Positions 51,366 to 60,210 of a stretch of DNA of 64,000 bases are shown one piece after another. The stretch spans positions 105 through 64,104 of the forward strand of contig JAJDAE010000178.1 of assembly GCA_029262035.1 (NCBI GenBank), in the 5' to 3' direction. Source of the stretch: Candidatus Zhuqueibacterota bacterium. Its GTDB lineage: Bacteria; Zhuqueibacterota; Zhuqueibacteria; Oceanimicrobiales; Oceanimicrobiaceae. Below the pieces are notes generated by a model. That model had not been told where the DNA came from. It ran no database searches and saw only the letters and a program-made list of their open reading frames with translations. Numbering within the stretch: the first letter of the stretch is position 1; each line of letters starts with the position of its first letter. The position numbers were made by a program, and so were the translations under genes.

Positions 51366-51378
51366 ATTTCTTAGCCTG

Positions 51379-51511
51379 AATTATTCATAAAATTTAAATG
51401 ATGTGCCTGGCACTTAGTAGATTTTTATAAGCAAATAAGCAAATATTTAATAGCTTTTACAATTTTGAGTAAGTGCCAGGCACATTTTTACCAGTTTGAG
51501 AATAATAGAAG
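51379..51511. repeat. Copy 2 of the ~135-bp inverted-repeat-containing element (see 44931-45067)
   Basis: Same sequence and orientation as copy 1 with a ~5-bp indel. Begins 13 nt upstream of the zwf start codon. Confidence 0.85.
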
Positions 51512-51579
51512 TTAGATAAATAAGATTAAGTTGGAATATTTTTAAATTCTATCGACGTAAATCTAAAAGAGGTGAGATT

Positions 51580-52011
51580 TTATTCAACTTTAAAACGCAG
51601 ACGGATCCGGCCATTTTCTCTCATGCTATGACTAAGAAGCCGAAAAACACCGATTTGCTCTGTGCGTTCAACATGCTGTCCACGACACGGCTGAGCATCA
51701 AAGTCACCAATTTCGACAATTCTAATCTCGTCCGCTTCATCAGGAACTTTCCACAAATCAAAATCACCTGCCTCGCTGCGAGTGATTACCCGGTCCACAA
51801 CTTTATGATTCCGGGCAATTTCCTGATTTACCAATTCTTCGATTTTAGAAAAATCACTATCCTGCAAAGCCGGTACAGGCGCATAATCGCATTTCGTCTT
51901 TTTCTCGTGAAGATGAAATTCAAGATTTCCGGGAGCTTTAAAAAATATTCGCATAACCGCCGAAAGCAAATGTTCGGCAGTGTGCATCCGTGCTAACTTA
52001 GGGGAATTCAT
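51580..52011 (-). CDS. AlaX-S-like tRNA editing-domain protein (ThrRS/AlaRS second additional domain; Zn-binding HxxxH…CxxxH)
   Basis: 143 aa with MHTAEHLL (HxxxH) near the N-terminus and QPCRGQHV (CxxxH) near the C-terminus, matching the AlaX-S / SAD zinc site. Confidence 0.6.
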   Translation of the reverse strand: MNSPKLARMHTAEHLLSAVMRIFFKAPGNLEFHLHEKKTKCDYAPVPALQDSDFSKIEELVNQEIARNHKVVDRVITRSEAGDFDLWKVPDEADEIRIVEIGDFDAQPCRGQHVERTEQIGVFRLLSHSMRENGRIRLRFKVE

Positions 52012-52511
52012 TCTAGAGATTTTAGCTCTGCTTCAACTTTTGCCGCGTATGAATTATTTTCAGGTTTATCGGTAGCTTTTTCTTTTGTTATTTCCCGCCC
52101 GTCAGAACTGCTCCATTTTTTAAGAGAGCCGACCACAAGAAAAGCGCCCAGAAGAATGGCAACGGGAATAAGCCAATAAGCAGACTTTCCAAGAAGTGTT
52201 TCCTGGGATGGACTTGCTAAAATGCGTTCGCCATATTGCGGTTGAGCTGAAAAATAAGTCAGAACCTCTTGTTTAGATTTCCCATCTTTTACCAACTCAG
52301 AAATTTTTGTGCGTACAGCCTCCGACTTTGGAGACTCATGTTTATCAACAGTCATATTCCAGCAGCATGGCGCAACCAGGCTATGTTCGATATCAGCCTG
52401 TAACTTCTTTTGCTGAGCGTCAAGCCCATCTATTTCAGTGGCAAAAGCTGCAAAACTCGCCATAAATATAACCAACAAAAAACTCAAACTAATACGTGAT
52501 ATTCTTAACAT
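52008..52511 (-). CDS. CcmH/NrfF-like cytochrome c-type biogenesis family protein with non-canonical APCC motif
   Basis: Signal peptide. Collinear with the CcmH N-domain (…LVAPCCWNMTVDKHESPKSEAVRTKISELVKDGKSKQEVLTYFSAQ.YGERILASP versus LRCPKCQNNSIADSNS…LRQKVYELMQEGKSKKEIVDYMVARYGNFVTYDP), followed by a C-terminal TM. Confidence 0.55.
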   Translation of the reverse strand: MLRISRISLSFLLVIFMASFAAFATEIDGLDAQQKKLQADIEHSLVAPCCWNMTVDKHESPKSEAVRTKISELVKDGKSKQEVLTYFSAQPQYGERILASPSQETLLGKSAYWLIPVAILLGAFLVVGSLKKWSSSDGREITKEKATDKPENNSYAAKVEAELKSLE

Positions 52512-52557
52512 TTCCTACTCCTTTATTAACACCCAATCTATGAACCCAATTAAAATA

Positions 52558-53343
52558 TTAATTTAAAGTTGCCAATCTCCCGCGAGCAAGATTTGCTTCA
52601 TCCGAATCAGGATGCTTTGTGACAACCTCTTCCAGATAAATTTTAGCCTGCTCTACTTCTTCAAGATTAAAGTAACAAAAACCAATTTTCAGCAATGCTG
52701 AAGGCGCTTTATCTGCACCCGGATACAATTTTACAACTTTTTCAAATTCTTGAATTGCATCCTGAAAACGACCTTGCGCATAATAGACTTCGCCAATCCA
52801 ATATTGAGCATTATCTGTTAATTCAGAACTCGGATACTGTGAGACAAACTGCAAAAATCCCTGCATGGCCAGCTGGTAATTCCCGCGATTTAAATCTTTG
52901 CGAGACATATTGTACAATTCTCTTTCCTCGGCCACAGCCAAAGATTGTTCAACCGGAGGCGTTGTCATTTCCGGCTGTGATACATCTGGCTGCGGTTGTG
53001 AAGAAACTGTGAGAGCTGCCTTATTACGCATATTGGACATGCTATCATCTGTGTCTTTCAGCCTGCTTTGTACAATCTCCATCTGCTCCAACAATTCATC
53101 CATTTTTGTTGAAAAGTCAGCCCTAACCTGTTGTGTGGAAACTGCTGTTTCTTCAAGCTGCCCCTTCATATTTTGCAATTCTCTGGATAGCTGAGCGTTC
53201 TGCTTTTGCAAAAACTGAATTTGGCGCTTCAGATTATCCATTTCCAGTTGGCGAGAATTTATCCTGGGGTTTTGCCCGGCACAACCGCTCAAAATAAAAA
53301 CAAAAAAAACAGGCCAAATAAATGATGTAATTTTTTTTCGCAT
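52558..53343 (-). CDS. cpoB: Tol-Pal system protein YbgF/CpoB (coiled-coil + TPR)
   Basis: Lipoprotein-like signal (LSGCAG). N-terminal coiled-coil. C-terminal TPR repeats. Immediately after pal. Confidence 0.7.
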   Translation of the reverse strand: MRKKITSFIWPVFFVFILSGCAGQNPRINSRQLEMDNLKRQIQFLQKQNAQLSRELQNMKGQLEETAVSTQQVRADFSTKMDELLEQMEIVQSRLKDTDDSMSNMRNKAALTVSSQPQPDVSQPEMTTPPVEQSLAVAEERELYNMSRKDLNRGNYQLAMQGFLQFVSQYPSSELTDNAQYWIGEVYYAQGRFQDAIQEFEKVVKLYPGADKAPSALLKIGFCYFNLEEVEQAKIYLEEVVTKHPDSDEANLARGRLATLN

Positions 53344-53353
53344 GACTTCTCTA

Positions 53354-53896
53354 TTAATTTAGAATAATAAATTCAGCGCGACGGTTTTTACCCCACGCAC
53401 CTTCAGTTTGCCGGGGGTCAAGAGGTCTCTCTTTGCCATAGCTAATTATCGTAATCCGGCCAGGCGATATGCCAAAATTAACGAGATAGTTTCGCGCAGA
53501 AATGGCTCGCCGTTCGCCAAGAGCAAGATTATATTCTACCGTTCCTCTTTCATCACAATGCCCTTCAATCCGGATATAAGTATCAGGATATTGCTGCATA
53601 ACCACAGCGTTCTGAACAAGAGTCGCTTTGGTGTTATCTGTTAAAGCTGATAAATCAAATTCAAAATACACAGTATTAAATTCAAGCGGTACTTTTTTAT
53701 TTAGATCATCTTCTGAAAACAGATCTGACACACCTGTATCCATATCAGAATTTGTGTCTGCCTGATTTCCAGTTGTCGTTCTAATTGGTTCAGGAAAAGG
53801 ATCGGGCTGTGGTTCATAATTCACCCTTTCCTTGGTGCTCCCGCAACTCATTAGCGCAAGTGTTAAAAGCAAAAATAGAATGCTGTTATTTTTCAT
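53354..53896 (-). CDS. pal: Peptidoglycan-associated lipoprotein Pal (OmpA_C)
   Basis: Lipobox LMSCGS. OmpA_C motif IRIEGHCDERGTVEYNLALGERRA. Start at ATG 53896 after an AAGGAGGG RBS. Confidence 0.9.
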   Translation of the reverse strand: MKNNSILFLLLTLALMSCGSTKERVNYEPQPDPFPEPIRTTTGNQADTNSDMDTGVSDLFSEDDLNKKVPLEFNTVYFEFDLSALTDNTKATLVQNAVVMQQYPDTYIRIEGHCDERGTVEYNLALGERRAISARNYLVNFGISPGRITIISYGKERPLDPRQTEGAWGKNRRAEFIILN

Positions 53897-53914
53897 TAAG
53901 ATTCCCTCCTTCAA

Positions 53915-55255
53915 TTAGAAGTTTAAACGAGGTGACCAGGACGGTGAATAATTCCCACCACCAGAAGTTAACTGCTTTTGGTCAGTTCCGTCCCAAAACA
54001 TAAAATAAATTTCCTTTTTCCCGGTTCTGTTTGAACTAAAAACAAGTGAAAAACCATTCGGCGACCAATAGGGGTCTTCGTTGCTCCTGCTGCTATCAGT
54101 TAATCGCATGCGGTTTTCACCAGTTACATCAATTGAATAGATATCAAAGCCTGAGGCTGTTCTCGAGACATAAGCGATTTTATCTCCCCGAGGCGACCAG
54201 GCCGGTGAGTCATTGTAACTGCCCTCAAAGGTTAGACGCCGTACATTCAGACCCTCAGTATCCATGATGTAAACTTGCGGCAACCCGGAACGACCCGATG
54301 TAAAAGCCAATTCCCGGTTTGAAGGCGACCAGGTTGGTGAAGAGTCAATCGCATTATTATACGTCAATCGTTTCAATTTCCGAGTTTCATAATTTAATAA
54401 ATAAATTTCTGCATTGCCATCTTTAGAAAGCGTCATGGCAATTTTTTTTCCATCCGATGACCATGCCGGAGCCGAATTCAGTCCTTGATGCGCGGCTAAT
54501 TTCAATTGGTTTTGAGTCGCCAAATTTACGATATAAATATTCAAGTTCCCATCTTTATAGGATGAATAACACACCTTCTTGCCATCGGGTGACCAGACCG
54601 GCGACAAATTAATGCTGTTGTCTTTTGTTGCAACAGCAGCATGTTTGCCATCATAATCCATCACAGCTATTTCTTTTTTATCAGGCGTCACTGCCTTAAT
54701 GTAGGCGATTCTGGAATTTGCTATCCCTTGTTCTCCGGTCAAGCTGTAAACAATTTCATCAGCAATTTTGTGGGCAATATTTCTTTCTCTGCCAGCTATA
54801 GCAGTATAATTGGAGCGTAAAATCACCCTACCGGATTTGCTATCCACGAGATTAGGACGAATTGAAACCGTATTGTTATCGATAATAAATCCGCCATTTA
54901 ACCGTGCAACGCTGCGGCTGTTAATTATACCTGATGTGCCGTTGCCATTACCACCCAAAGGTGGAGCTCCCTGTTTTTTGTTCACTGTAAAAAAACCGGA
55001 CCGCCATAAATCTGTACCGAGTACTTCATAAATCATACTAGCCAGTACTTCAGAACTTGGGTCAAGGCCACCGGCAAACGGGTATAAATCAATCTCCATC
55101 CTCTGAAATGTCTTGGAATAAATTTTCAAATAGACATCGGTTTGAGCTAACGCATTCCCCAAAAACAGCAAAGTTAAAAGAAAGCTTGTTAGAATTTGTA
55201 TTTTTCTTTTTTTATAATTGTCAATCAACAATTTATTTCCCCTGTCCAAATTCAA
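53915..55255 (-). CDS. tolB: Tol-Pal system beta-propeller protein TolB
   Basis: Signal peptide. N-terminal TolB domain. Repeated PD40 motifs (WSPDGKK, SPAWSSDGKKIA, SPTWSP, SPAWSPRGDKIAY). Confidence 0.9.
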   Translation of the reverse strand: MNLDRGNKLLIDNYKKRKIQILTSFLLTLLFLGNALAQTDVYLKIYSKTFQRMEIDLYPFAGGLDPSSEVLASMIYEVLGTDLWRSGFFTVNKKQGAPPLGGNGNGTSGIINSRSVARLNGGFIIDNNTVSIRPNLVDSKSGRVILRSNYTAIAGRERNIAHKIADEIVYSLTGEQGIANSRIAYIKAVTPDKKEIAVMDYDGKHAAVATKDNSINLSPVWSPDGKKVCYSSYKDGNLNIYIVNLATQNQLKLAAHQGLNSAPAWSSDGKKIAMTLSKDGNAEIYLLNYETRKLKRLTYNNAIDSSPTWSPSNRELAFTSGRSGLPQVYIMDTEGLNVRRLTFEGSYNDSPAWSPRGDKIAYVSRTASGFDIYSIDVTGENRMRLTDSSRSNEDPYWSPNGFSLVFSSNRTGKKEIYFMFWDGTDQKQLTSGGGNYSPSWSPRLNF

Positions 55256-55868
55256 ACTCTACACCCAACGATGATTTCGGAAAATCGACCGGCAGTTGCG
55301 GCAAAGGATTGGCCAGCATAACCGCGCGAATAGCAGCCTGATCGAATAAATAATCACCGGAACTTGTTGCAATTTCAATTTTTGATAGTTGGCCATATCG
55401 ACCTATACGAAAATATACGACACTTTTTTTTGCAATTGATAACCGCGAAGAATACGGCGGTTCCCAGTTCGACTGAATCCTAGACTTCATAAGTCCAAGA
55501 TAATACGAGAAAGGAAATTCCTTTACATCCAGCCGGACTTTTTCCGTACTGACAGTTGATTTTCCTTTATCAGATTTTTCAGGTTCCTCTTTTTGTATTA
55601 CAGGCTGCTCTTCCGGTTTTTCTTCAACGAGCTTTGGCTTTTCTATCGTTACGCCTTCGAGTTTTTTAGGTTTCGGTTTCACCGTGCGTTTTTGGGGGGC
55701 TATCTTTTTTACATCAGGCGCTTTAAATGATACCGGCTCCAGTTTAATCAGCTCTACCGGCATTACAGTTGGGTAGCCCTCAAATTTTGGATGTTTGGCT
55801 TTGAAAAAAAACATTCCAAATATAAAAATCATGTGCAAAGTAAAAGAAAAAAAAATGTTAGATTTCAT
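55233..55868 (-). CDS. tolA: TolA/TonB-family energy-transducer (N-terminal TM, Pro/Lys/Glu-rich linker, TonB_C-like domain)
   Basis: Its position between tolR and tolB fits the call, as does the composition (KPKPKKLEGVTIEKPKLVEEKPEEQPV) and the C-terminal TonB_C-like fold. Confidence 0.6.
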   Translation of the reverse strand: MKSNIFFSFTLHMIFIFGMFFFKAKHPKFEGYPTVMPVELIKLEPVSFKAPDVKKIAPQKRTVKPKPKKLEGVTIEKPKLVEEKPEEQPVIQKEEPEKSDKGKSTVSTEKVRLDVKEFPFSYYLGLMKSRIQSNWEPPYSSRLSIAKKSVVYFRIGRYGQLSKIEIATSSGDYLFDQAAIRAVMLANPLPQLPVDFPKSSLGVEFEFGQGK

Positions 55869-55869
55869 G

Positions 55870-56268
55870 TCAGCGCTGGCGAGGTTTGAGCACCAACCCC
55901 ATATTCCCGATTCCCAACTCTTTGATTACGTCCATCACTTCGATAACATATCCATAATATACTTCTTTGTCGCCTTGTAGTAAAATCGGTTCAAGCCGAT
56001 TGGAAATTTGCCGTTTTTGCAAACGTTCTCTCAGAACCGCGATGGAGATTTCTTCCTTTTGCCAAAACAGTTTGCCGCTTTTATTAACCGTCAAAACAAT
56101 CGATTTATCCGGGTCGATCTCTTTTGCCACCGTTTGCGGCAAATCAACCTTCATGCCCGATTTCAGCAACGGCGCGGTAATCATAAATACAATTAACAGA
56201 ACCAATGTAACATCCACCAGCGATGTTACGTTGATTTCAGACAAACTTGTGTATTTACCTTTTTTCAC
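55870..56268 (-). CDS. tolR: ExbD/TolR biopolymer transport protein
   Basis: 132 aa, single TM, ExbD fold (…VDLPQ…). Confidence 0.85.
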   Translation of the reverse strand: MKKGKYTSLSEINVTSLVDVTLVLLIVFMITAPLLKSGMKVDLPQTVAKEIDPDKSIVLTVNKSGKLFWQKEEISIAVLRERLQKRQISNRLEPILLQGDKEVYYGYVIEVMDVIKELGIGNMGLVLKPRQR

Positions 56269-57022
56269 CAGATTCCCTACGCGCCAATTTATCCACTAAA
56301 TTTGAATAAAAAATCTCGATTTCAGAACTAAGTATTTTCAACTTATTAACAAAATGATTATAGGCAATAACTGCTGGAATTGCGGCGCCCAAACCAGCAA
56401 TTGTTGTAATCAGAGCTTCAGCAATTCCCGGCCCAACAACGCTTATGTCAGCCGCTCCAACAACACCTATTGCTAAAAACGAACTCATAACTCCCCAAAC
56501 CGTGCCGAATAAGCCGAAGAAGGGGCAAACGCTGCCTGTAGTTGCTAAAAAAACAAGATGCCGCTCAAGGTTCAAAACTTCACGGCTGGCCACAGAGTCG
56601 AAGAGCCGAACAAGGTCTTCGGATGAGTGAGTCGATTTTGGCGGTGACTCCCGCATCGGTTCCGATACGCCACCCGGATTTTGACTTTGTGATTCCCCCT
56701 TGTTAAAAAACCAATAGGATTCCTTAAAAATGGCTGCAAATGGGTTTGAAGGGTATTGTTTACTAGCCTGCAAAATTTCCCGGATATGTTTCCCTTCGCT
56801 AAATAAATTTAAAAACTTATTAGACTCTCGGTTTACCCTGGCAAACACTCTTAATTTAGAGATGATAATTCCCCACGAAATAACAGAAAAAAACGATAGG
56901 ATTCCTAAAACAACCTTGGCTACGGGGCTGGCGTTTAATACTAAATCTGTGACAGTTTGAGAAGCGATTTGGCCGGGGATAGCGGTTTGTACAGTGAGGT
57001 ACATATTCGAAATGAAAAGCAT
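56255..57022 (-). CDS. tolQ: MotA/TolQ/ExbB proton-channel protein
   Basis: 3 TM. Conserved C-terminal TM region (GLFGTVWGVM…AL.TT..GL..AIP). Confidence 0.85.
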   Translation of the reverse strand: MLFISNMYLTVQTAIPGQIASQTVTDLVLNASPVAKVVLGILSFFSVISWGIIISKLRVFARVNRESNKFLNLFSEGKHIREILQASKQYPSNPFAAIFKESYWFFNKGESQSQNPGGVSEPMRESPPKSTHSSEDLVRLFDSVASREVLNLERHLVFLATTGSVCPFFGLFGTVWGVMSSFLAIGVVGAADISVVGPGIAEALITTIAGLGAAIPAVIAYNHFVNKLKILSSEIEIFYSNLVDKLARRESGEKR

Positions 57023-57224
57023 GTTGGCTCCAAAATGATTTCTAATTAAACACTTCGTGAGGGGTTAAGTTCCGAGAGATTAGAATTGAAAAAACCGTGT
57101 AGTTTTGCCTCAAAATCCATTTAAAAAGAAATATATTCTAACAGTGACAAAAATGCAAGGTAAAAATATTTAAGCAAAGCTCATATTTTAAAAAGTTTTC
57201 AGAGGTGCAAATTGGGAAAGGTCA

Positions 57225-57419
57225 TTAAAATTCTTTAACGTGAAAAAAAGGCGCTAAGTACTCAACTGTTTCTGCGGGAACCCAGGCACCGTTTTTAGTA
57301 TTCCACACAAGATCTTTTGTCGTAAAAATACCTTGTTCTACCAGACTTTCAATTTTTTTGGGAGAAAGGGGTCCGATAGTATTTTCCTGAACTTTTACAA
57401 AAATTTCCTTCATATCCAA
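57225..57419 (-). CDS. Small standalone GYF-like (DUF4339-type) domain protein
   Basis: 64 aa, MDMKEIFVKVQENTIGPLSPKKIESLVEQGIFTTKDLVWNTKNGAWVPAETV. Paralogous to the N-terminal 60 aa of the next gene. Confidence 0.5.
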   Translation of the reverse strand: MDMKEIFVKVQENTIGPLSPKKIESLVEQGIFTTKDLVWNTKNGAWVPAETVEYLAPFFHVKEF

Positions 57420-57505
57420 ACCCTTAGTTAAATCCTTTCAACTAAAATTTATATCGGATTACGGATACAACATCTTCAGCAATTTTCCTATCCTCTGAAT
57501 ATCTT

Positions 57506-58810
57506 TTAGGTCGTTAGAGCCAACTCAGTTAGAACAGGTTCCATATGACGTACACGGCAAGCACCACCACCATCCTGATATTCGCAGTCGCCCCAATAGA
57601 AACAATTCTGAGAACAAATAGTCGCATTCTTCAACAAGTCTTTTTCAGGATATTCTCTTGCAAAGCTTTCAACATGTTTGCGCCATCTTCTTCTTTCTAA
57701 AATTTCCTTGAACCCTTTTTTGCCCAGAAGGCCAACCCGAATCAAAGCCGTTAAATCCTGTGCTGCCCGCGAACCCGGGGCATCCAAAATAAAAGGCTTC
57801 ATGTTTCGAACTGCTTCTTTAACTTTTTGGTCATCGGAAATATACCCAAGAAAGTCTAACTGAACACAAAGCAAATCCAAAACAGCGCCCTGAATCGCCT
57901 TGCCCTCCTTAATATCGGCAGAATTTTTAACCTGGTTCAAAATTAGCTTGGGTCGAAATCCATCTAAAGTAGTCTTAAAAATTTCATAAGCCGCTTTATC
58001 TTTTTTCTCTACTTCATTTAAAAGATCACCAATGGTTAATTTTATTTTATTAGGTTTGTTAATTTCATCCTTGGCCAAAATCTCCAGAGCGGCGGGAAAC
58101 TTACGAAGCTTTCTATTGAGTTCACGAATCAGGCAAACTTTGATAAACCCAAACGCTTCATAAATAGAGGTGGGCTCCGGCGTCATCACAATTATTTTCT
58201 CATCTGCGAGTAAGAAAAAATCTATTGTGTTGTAACCCGAACCAGCTCCGAGATCTAATATAATTGAGTCTGCATGGAGTTTCTTCAATTCACGAACAAA
58301 ACGCTGTTTCTGGAAATATTTAGGATTAGCGATGCCCAAGGTACCACAGGCACCGCTGATCATTTTCAGATTATCAACCGGAGTTGGAAGAACGATTTCA
58401 TTTAATGAATCTTTTTGCAGTGAATAGAAATCAAAAAAAGTGAATTCCGGTTCGAGGATACCCATGCAGGTATGGAGATTTGCCCCACCGAAATCGGCAT
58501 CGACCATGATGACTTCCTGCCCCATGGTAGCAAGCCCAACGCCAAACGAAGATGAAAAAATTGTTTTACCCACACCACCCTTACCACTGGCGACAGCGTA
58601 AATTTTTTGTTTGTAGTGCCCATTACCTTCTTTTTTATAAAAGACGTTTTTAAGCTCTACAACATTTTCAGCCGGTATCCACTCATCTATGCTTTCGCTC
58701 CAGACAGAATCTTCTCGTGCAAAACTGCCCTCCATTACAAGGTTCTGTAATTCCCCAAGTGAAACCGGCCCGAACTCTCTGTCTTCAACCTTTAAAAACA
58801 AATTCTCCAT
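57506..58810 (-). CDS. Mrp/MinD-family P-loop ATPase with N-terminal GYF-like (DUF4339-type) domain and Cys-rich C-terminal tail
   Basis: N-terminal LFLKVEDREFGPVSLGELQNLVMEGSFAREDSVWSESIDEWIPAENV. Deviant Walker A ASGKGGVGKT, then …VDADFGGANL. C-terminal CSQNCFYWGDCEYQDGGGACRVRH (Cx3Cx6Cx7C). Confidence 0.75.
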   Translation of the reverse strand: MENLFLKVEDREFGPVSLGELQNLVMEGSFAREDSVWSESIDEWIPAENVVELKNVFYKKEGNGHYKQKIYAVASGKGGVGKTIFSSSFGVGLATMGQEVIMVDADFGGANLHTCMGILEPEFTFFDFYSLQKDSLNEIVLPTPVDNLKMISGACGTLGIANPKYFQKQRFVRELKKLHADSIILDLGAGSGYNTIDFFLLADEKIIVMTPEPTSIYEAFGFIKVCLIRELNRKLRKFPAALEILAKDEINKPNKIKLTIGDLLNEVEKKDKAAYEIFKTTLDGFRPKLILNQVKNSADIKEGKAIQGAVLDLLCVQLDFLGYISDDQKVKEAVRNMKPFILDAPGSRAAQDLTALIRVGLLGKKGFKEILERRRWRKHVESFAREYPEKDLLKNATICSQNCFYWGDCEYQDGGGACRVRHMEPVLTELALTT

Positions 58811-58899
58811 AACAACACATCCCTGGTTTTAAATTCAAAGTTATCCCTAACCCGTTTGCAAATACGCGACCATTTTACGGTTCTTTAACTTTCAAATAT

Positions 58900-60210
58900 T
58901 TACAATTTATAATACAGCTTGATCAGTATTCTCCCGATTAAAGTTGGCGCTAAAAAGTCGTTCCTGAAAACTCTTAGCACAGGTAAAAGCGCTGAACCTG
59001 CACCGAAAACTCTGGATAAAACACACGGTTTTGGTCTGGGTGTAACAATGGGATCATCCGGTTCCGGGCTGGGTTGAGTGCCGGTAATGCTATTCAAAGC
59101 CTGTATGCGACCCTCGCCTTCAACAATGTCCTGATTACCTAAGTCTTTTGCATGACCCTCCAGACGCGCCTTTAACTGCAAAGGTGTTAAAGTGCTAAGT
59201 TCTTTTTTTATGAGAAGTCCAATACCAGCTGCAAGCGGCGTTGCCATACTTGTACCGGATGCTTCGGTATAAAAGTCATCCACAACTGTACCCATGCTTG
59301 TATCCTTGGCTCTACCCGCAATAATCTTAACGCCGGGGGCAACGATATCCGGCTTCTCAAAACCGTCCACTGTTGGGCCACGTGAACTAAAATCGGCCAC
59401 ATTATCATTATCATCGGAAGCACCAACGGTAATAACTTTTAACGAAACGCCGGGTGTGCCAATTGTGCCCTGGCTTGGGCCGCTATTGCCCGCCGCAACA
59501 AAAACCGCGATGCCGGCATCTACCGCAGCTTCGCACATTACCTGTAAAATATCTTTAACGCCAGCTTGCGCCGCACCACCGAGACTGAGTGAAATGACAT
59601 CCACTCCCTTGTCTGCAAGCCAATCCACACCATCGGCAATGCTTGCAGCACTTCCACTGCCGTTGGCGGCCAAACCTTTGGCCATATACATCTTAGCTTC
59701 CGGAGCGGCGCCTTTGTATTTTCCACCTGATTGATTGCCGTTACCCACTGAAATTGTAGAAACGTGCGTGCCGTGACCATGGCCATCAAAATCACCCTCG
59801 CCGGTAAAATCGGCGGTACCCAATACTTTGCCTTGAAGATCAGGATGATTTTTATCGACACCGGTGTCACAAATGCCGACCACCATGCCTTCACCAAGAT
59901 TTGGTCTGGCCCACACCAAATTTGTTTGAGTAACAGGAATAGCATTATCTAAAAAATGCTGTACATCAAAATCATCTAAAATTTCCTTACATTTTGTCGG
60001 CTGGAAAACCGCATCAACAGCAGCGGCTGAAACGTTCATATTATCCGGTACTTCAATTTTTACTAAATTCACAAGTTTGTATTTTTTTATTACCTTCATC
60101 CCTGCAGCTGTTCTACTTTCTTCGGTAGCCGCACTTGCTGCATATTTTTCTACCCGGGCCTGAAGCTCTTTAACCGGGACATCTTCCTCAAAACGGACAA
60201 ATTTTACCAT
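58900..60210 (-). CDS. Subtilisin-like serine peptidase (S8 family) with N-terminal propeptide-like region
   Basis: Catalytic triad contexts ICDTGVDKNHPDL (Asp), HGHGTHVSTI (His), GTSMATPLAAG (Ser). No obvious N-terminal signal peptide. Hydrophobic C-terminal ~45 aa. Confidence 0.85.
   Translation of the reverse strand: MVKFVRFEEDVPVKELQARVEKYAASAATEESRTAAGMKVIKKYKLVNLVKIEVPDNMNVSAAAVDAVFQPTKCKEILDDFDVQHFLDNAIPVTQTNLVWARPNLGEGMVVGICDTGVDKNHPDLQGKVLGTADFTGEGDFDGHGHGTHVSTISVGNGNQSGGKYKGAAPEAKMYMAKGLAANGSGSAASIADGVDWLADKGVDVISLSLGGAAQAGVKDILQVMCEAAVDAGIAVFVAAGNSGPSQGTIGTPGVSLKVITVGASDDNDNVADFSSRGPTVDGFEKPDIVAPGVKIIAGRAKDTSMGTVVDDFYTEASGTSMATPLAAGIGLLIKKELSTLTPLQLKARLEGHAKDLGNQDIVEGEGRIQALNSITGTQPSPEPDDPIVTPRPKPCVLSRVFGAGSALLPVLRVFRNDFLAPTLIGRILIKLYYKL

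Noticed and set aside
59294-59734. 146-aa Ala/Pro/Thr-rich plus-strand ORF
   Set aside because: It is antisense to the subtilase catalytic core. It is an artefact of the GC-rich Gly/Ala codons on the opposite strand.
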